A DNA stretch of 64,000 nucleotides, taken from assembly GCA_963667035.1 (NCBI GenBank), contig OY762964.1, forward strand, positions 736,001-800,000. Reading direction: 5' to 3'. The stretch comes from Candidatus Cloacimonadales bacterium (GTDB lineage Bacteria; Cloacimonadota; Cloacimonadia; Cloacimonadales; JAFGVF01). Position 1 is the stretch's first letter; each line of letters opens with the position of its first letter. The translations under genes and the position numbers were made by a program. Positions 62,749-64,000 of the stretch are shown here, piece after piece. The notes under the pieces were generated by a model. The model was not told the origin of the DNA. It saw nothing but the letters and a program-made list of their open reading frames with translations, and ran no database searches.

Positions 62749-63840
62749 ATGTATAAGCAGAACAAGTTAATATTTGTTGTTCTATTGACTTTGATTTTTT
62801 CATTTGGATTTGCAGATGAAATCCCTCACACAATTTCGTATCAGGGTAAATTATTGGAAAATAATGTAGCGGTGGATGGCTCAGTTAACCTGATGTTTAG
62901 AGTTCTAAATTCACAATCAGCTGTCTTATGGGAAGAGATTCACACAGGTGTTAATGTTGACAATGGGCTATATTCTGTATCATTAGGCTCAGTTAATAGA
63001 GGGCCAATCCCTTTGTCAGTCTTTGATGATGACTCCAATCTGTACTTACAGATAATCGTCAACGGAATACCTTTAACACCAAATACAGAACTTCAATCTG
63101 TACCATATGCCTACAAAGCAGAGAAGGCCTATAACTCAGAAAAACTTAACGGTGAGTTACCGGATTATTATCTTGATTGGACAAATATATCAAATATACC
63201 TGCTGATATTGCAGATGGTGATGATACCGGATCGGGAGAAGAAGTAGATCCTACTGTACCTGAGAACATTAAGGATGGGATAGACTGGATTGAATTAACT
63301 TCAAGACCTACTGGTTTAGATGATGGTGATAATGTCGGTCTTAATAGTATTGACGGAGTGGCTAATGAAAATGGAAATGTTGATTTAATTGCCGGTGACA
63401 ATATCACTATTACTCCTGATGATGCAAATAATACTATAGAAATAAGCTCTTCAGGAGGGGGCAGTCATAATGCTGGGTATGATTTTCTGTTGAGCAGTCA
63501 GAATTATGTAAAAATCATAAATACGAATCTTGGTCATCGCCCGAAAATAGTTGAATTCTGCCTAAGTGCTTCTTACAATAATTATTCACAAGCCAGGTGG
63601 ATAGATGAAAATCAAGATGGATCTGGAGTGCTTTCCTGTTTATATACAGATGAAAACACAATAACACGTTTGTTACTTTTACCAGATACTGATAAAATAG
63701 GGCGTATGCAAACAGGATCAAGTGATTCAAGAGATCTTAAGATTGAAACTAGTATTAATACGATAACGATAACTGTTGGTCAAGTGTTTGGTGCACCGGC
63801 AGATTTCAATATTGTGCCTTTCACATGGTATGCAGAGTGA
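62749..63840 (+). CDS. Secreted hypothetical protein (ISYQGKL-type N-terminal domain, fibre/adhesin-like)
   Basis: AGGAGG before ATG 62749; signal peptide; ISYQGKL...LWEE.H...NGLYSVSLG...SVPYAYKA. Confidence 0.7.
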   Translation: MYKQNKLIFVVLLTLIFSFGFADEIPHTISYQGKLLENNVAVDGSVNLMFRVLNSQSAVLWEEIHTGVNVDNGLYSVSLGSVNRGPIPLSVFDDDSNLYLQIIVNGIPLTPNTELQSVPYAYKAEKAYNSEKLNGELPDYYLDWTNISNIPADIADGDDTGSGEEVDPTVPENIKDGIDWIELTSRPTGLDDGDNVGLNSIDGVANENGNVDLIAGDNITITPDDANNTIEISSSGGGSHNAGYDFLLSSQNYVKIINTNLGHRPKIVEFCLSASYNNYSQARWIDENQDGSGVLSCLYTDENTITRLLLLPDTDKIGRMQTGSSDSRDLKIETSINTITITVGQVFGAPADFNIVPFTWYAE

Positions 63841-63853
63841 AGCGGAGGTATAA

Positions 63854-64000
63854 ATGAAGCGGTTAATTATATTTCTACTACTATTTCTTTCAGCACAATT
63901 GATTTTTTCCCAGAATTATAGTATCAAACCTAACGCGATCTCTTCAGGTGGAGGTCAAAGCTTAGGTGGTTCATATACGAACACGTCAGTTATTGGCGAA
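63854..64000 (+). CDS. Secreted hypothetical protein, 3'-truncated by the window edge
   Basis: GGAGG then MKRLIIFLLLFLSAQLIFSQNYSIKPNAISSGGG..., open to the end of the window. Confidence 0.7.
   Translation, partial: MKRLIIFLLLFLSAQLIFSQNYSIKPNAISSGGGQSLGGSYTNTSVIGE

Overview
AT-rich bacterial chromosomal window. Several secreted proteins end in a FlgD-Ig/T9SS-like 'YPNPFNP' C-terminal domain, which suggests an FCB-group organism such as Cloacimonadota; this is inference only. Contents in order: a giant fibronectin-III repeat surface protein with a degenerate C10 peptidase domain (truncated at the left edge); smpB with a polysaccharide-modification cluster; a hybrid kinase; two 1663-bp IS1182-family copies, each duplicating a whole terminator hairpin; secreted enzymes; an orphan 5-repeat CRISPR array beside an istB remnant; five tRNAs; an Mla/Pqi-like operon; and housekeeping genes (tsaB, folA, tsaD). 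The most unusual region is about 43.4-53 kb. There, an RloC-like zinc-hook ABC ATPase and an HD-domain/HSP90-type ATPase form a candidate two-gene defence module. The module is enclosed by a 27-bp inverted motif and by two divergently oriented paralogous small genes with repeat-filled leaders, one of which sits inside a REP-like palindrome array. The trailer-end CRISPR spacer matches a dispersed palindromic repeat found upstream of one of those paralogues. All calls come from motif recognition by eye; no database searches were run.
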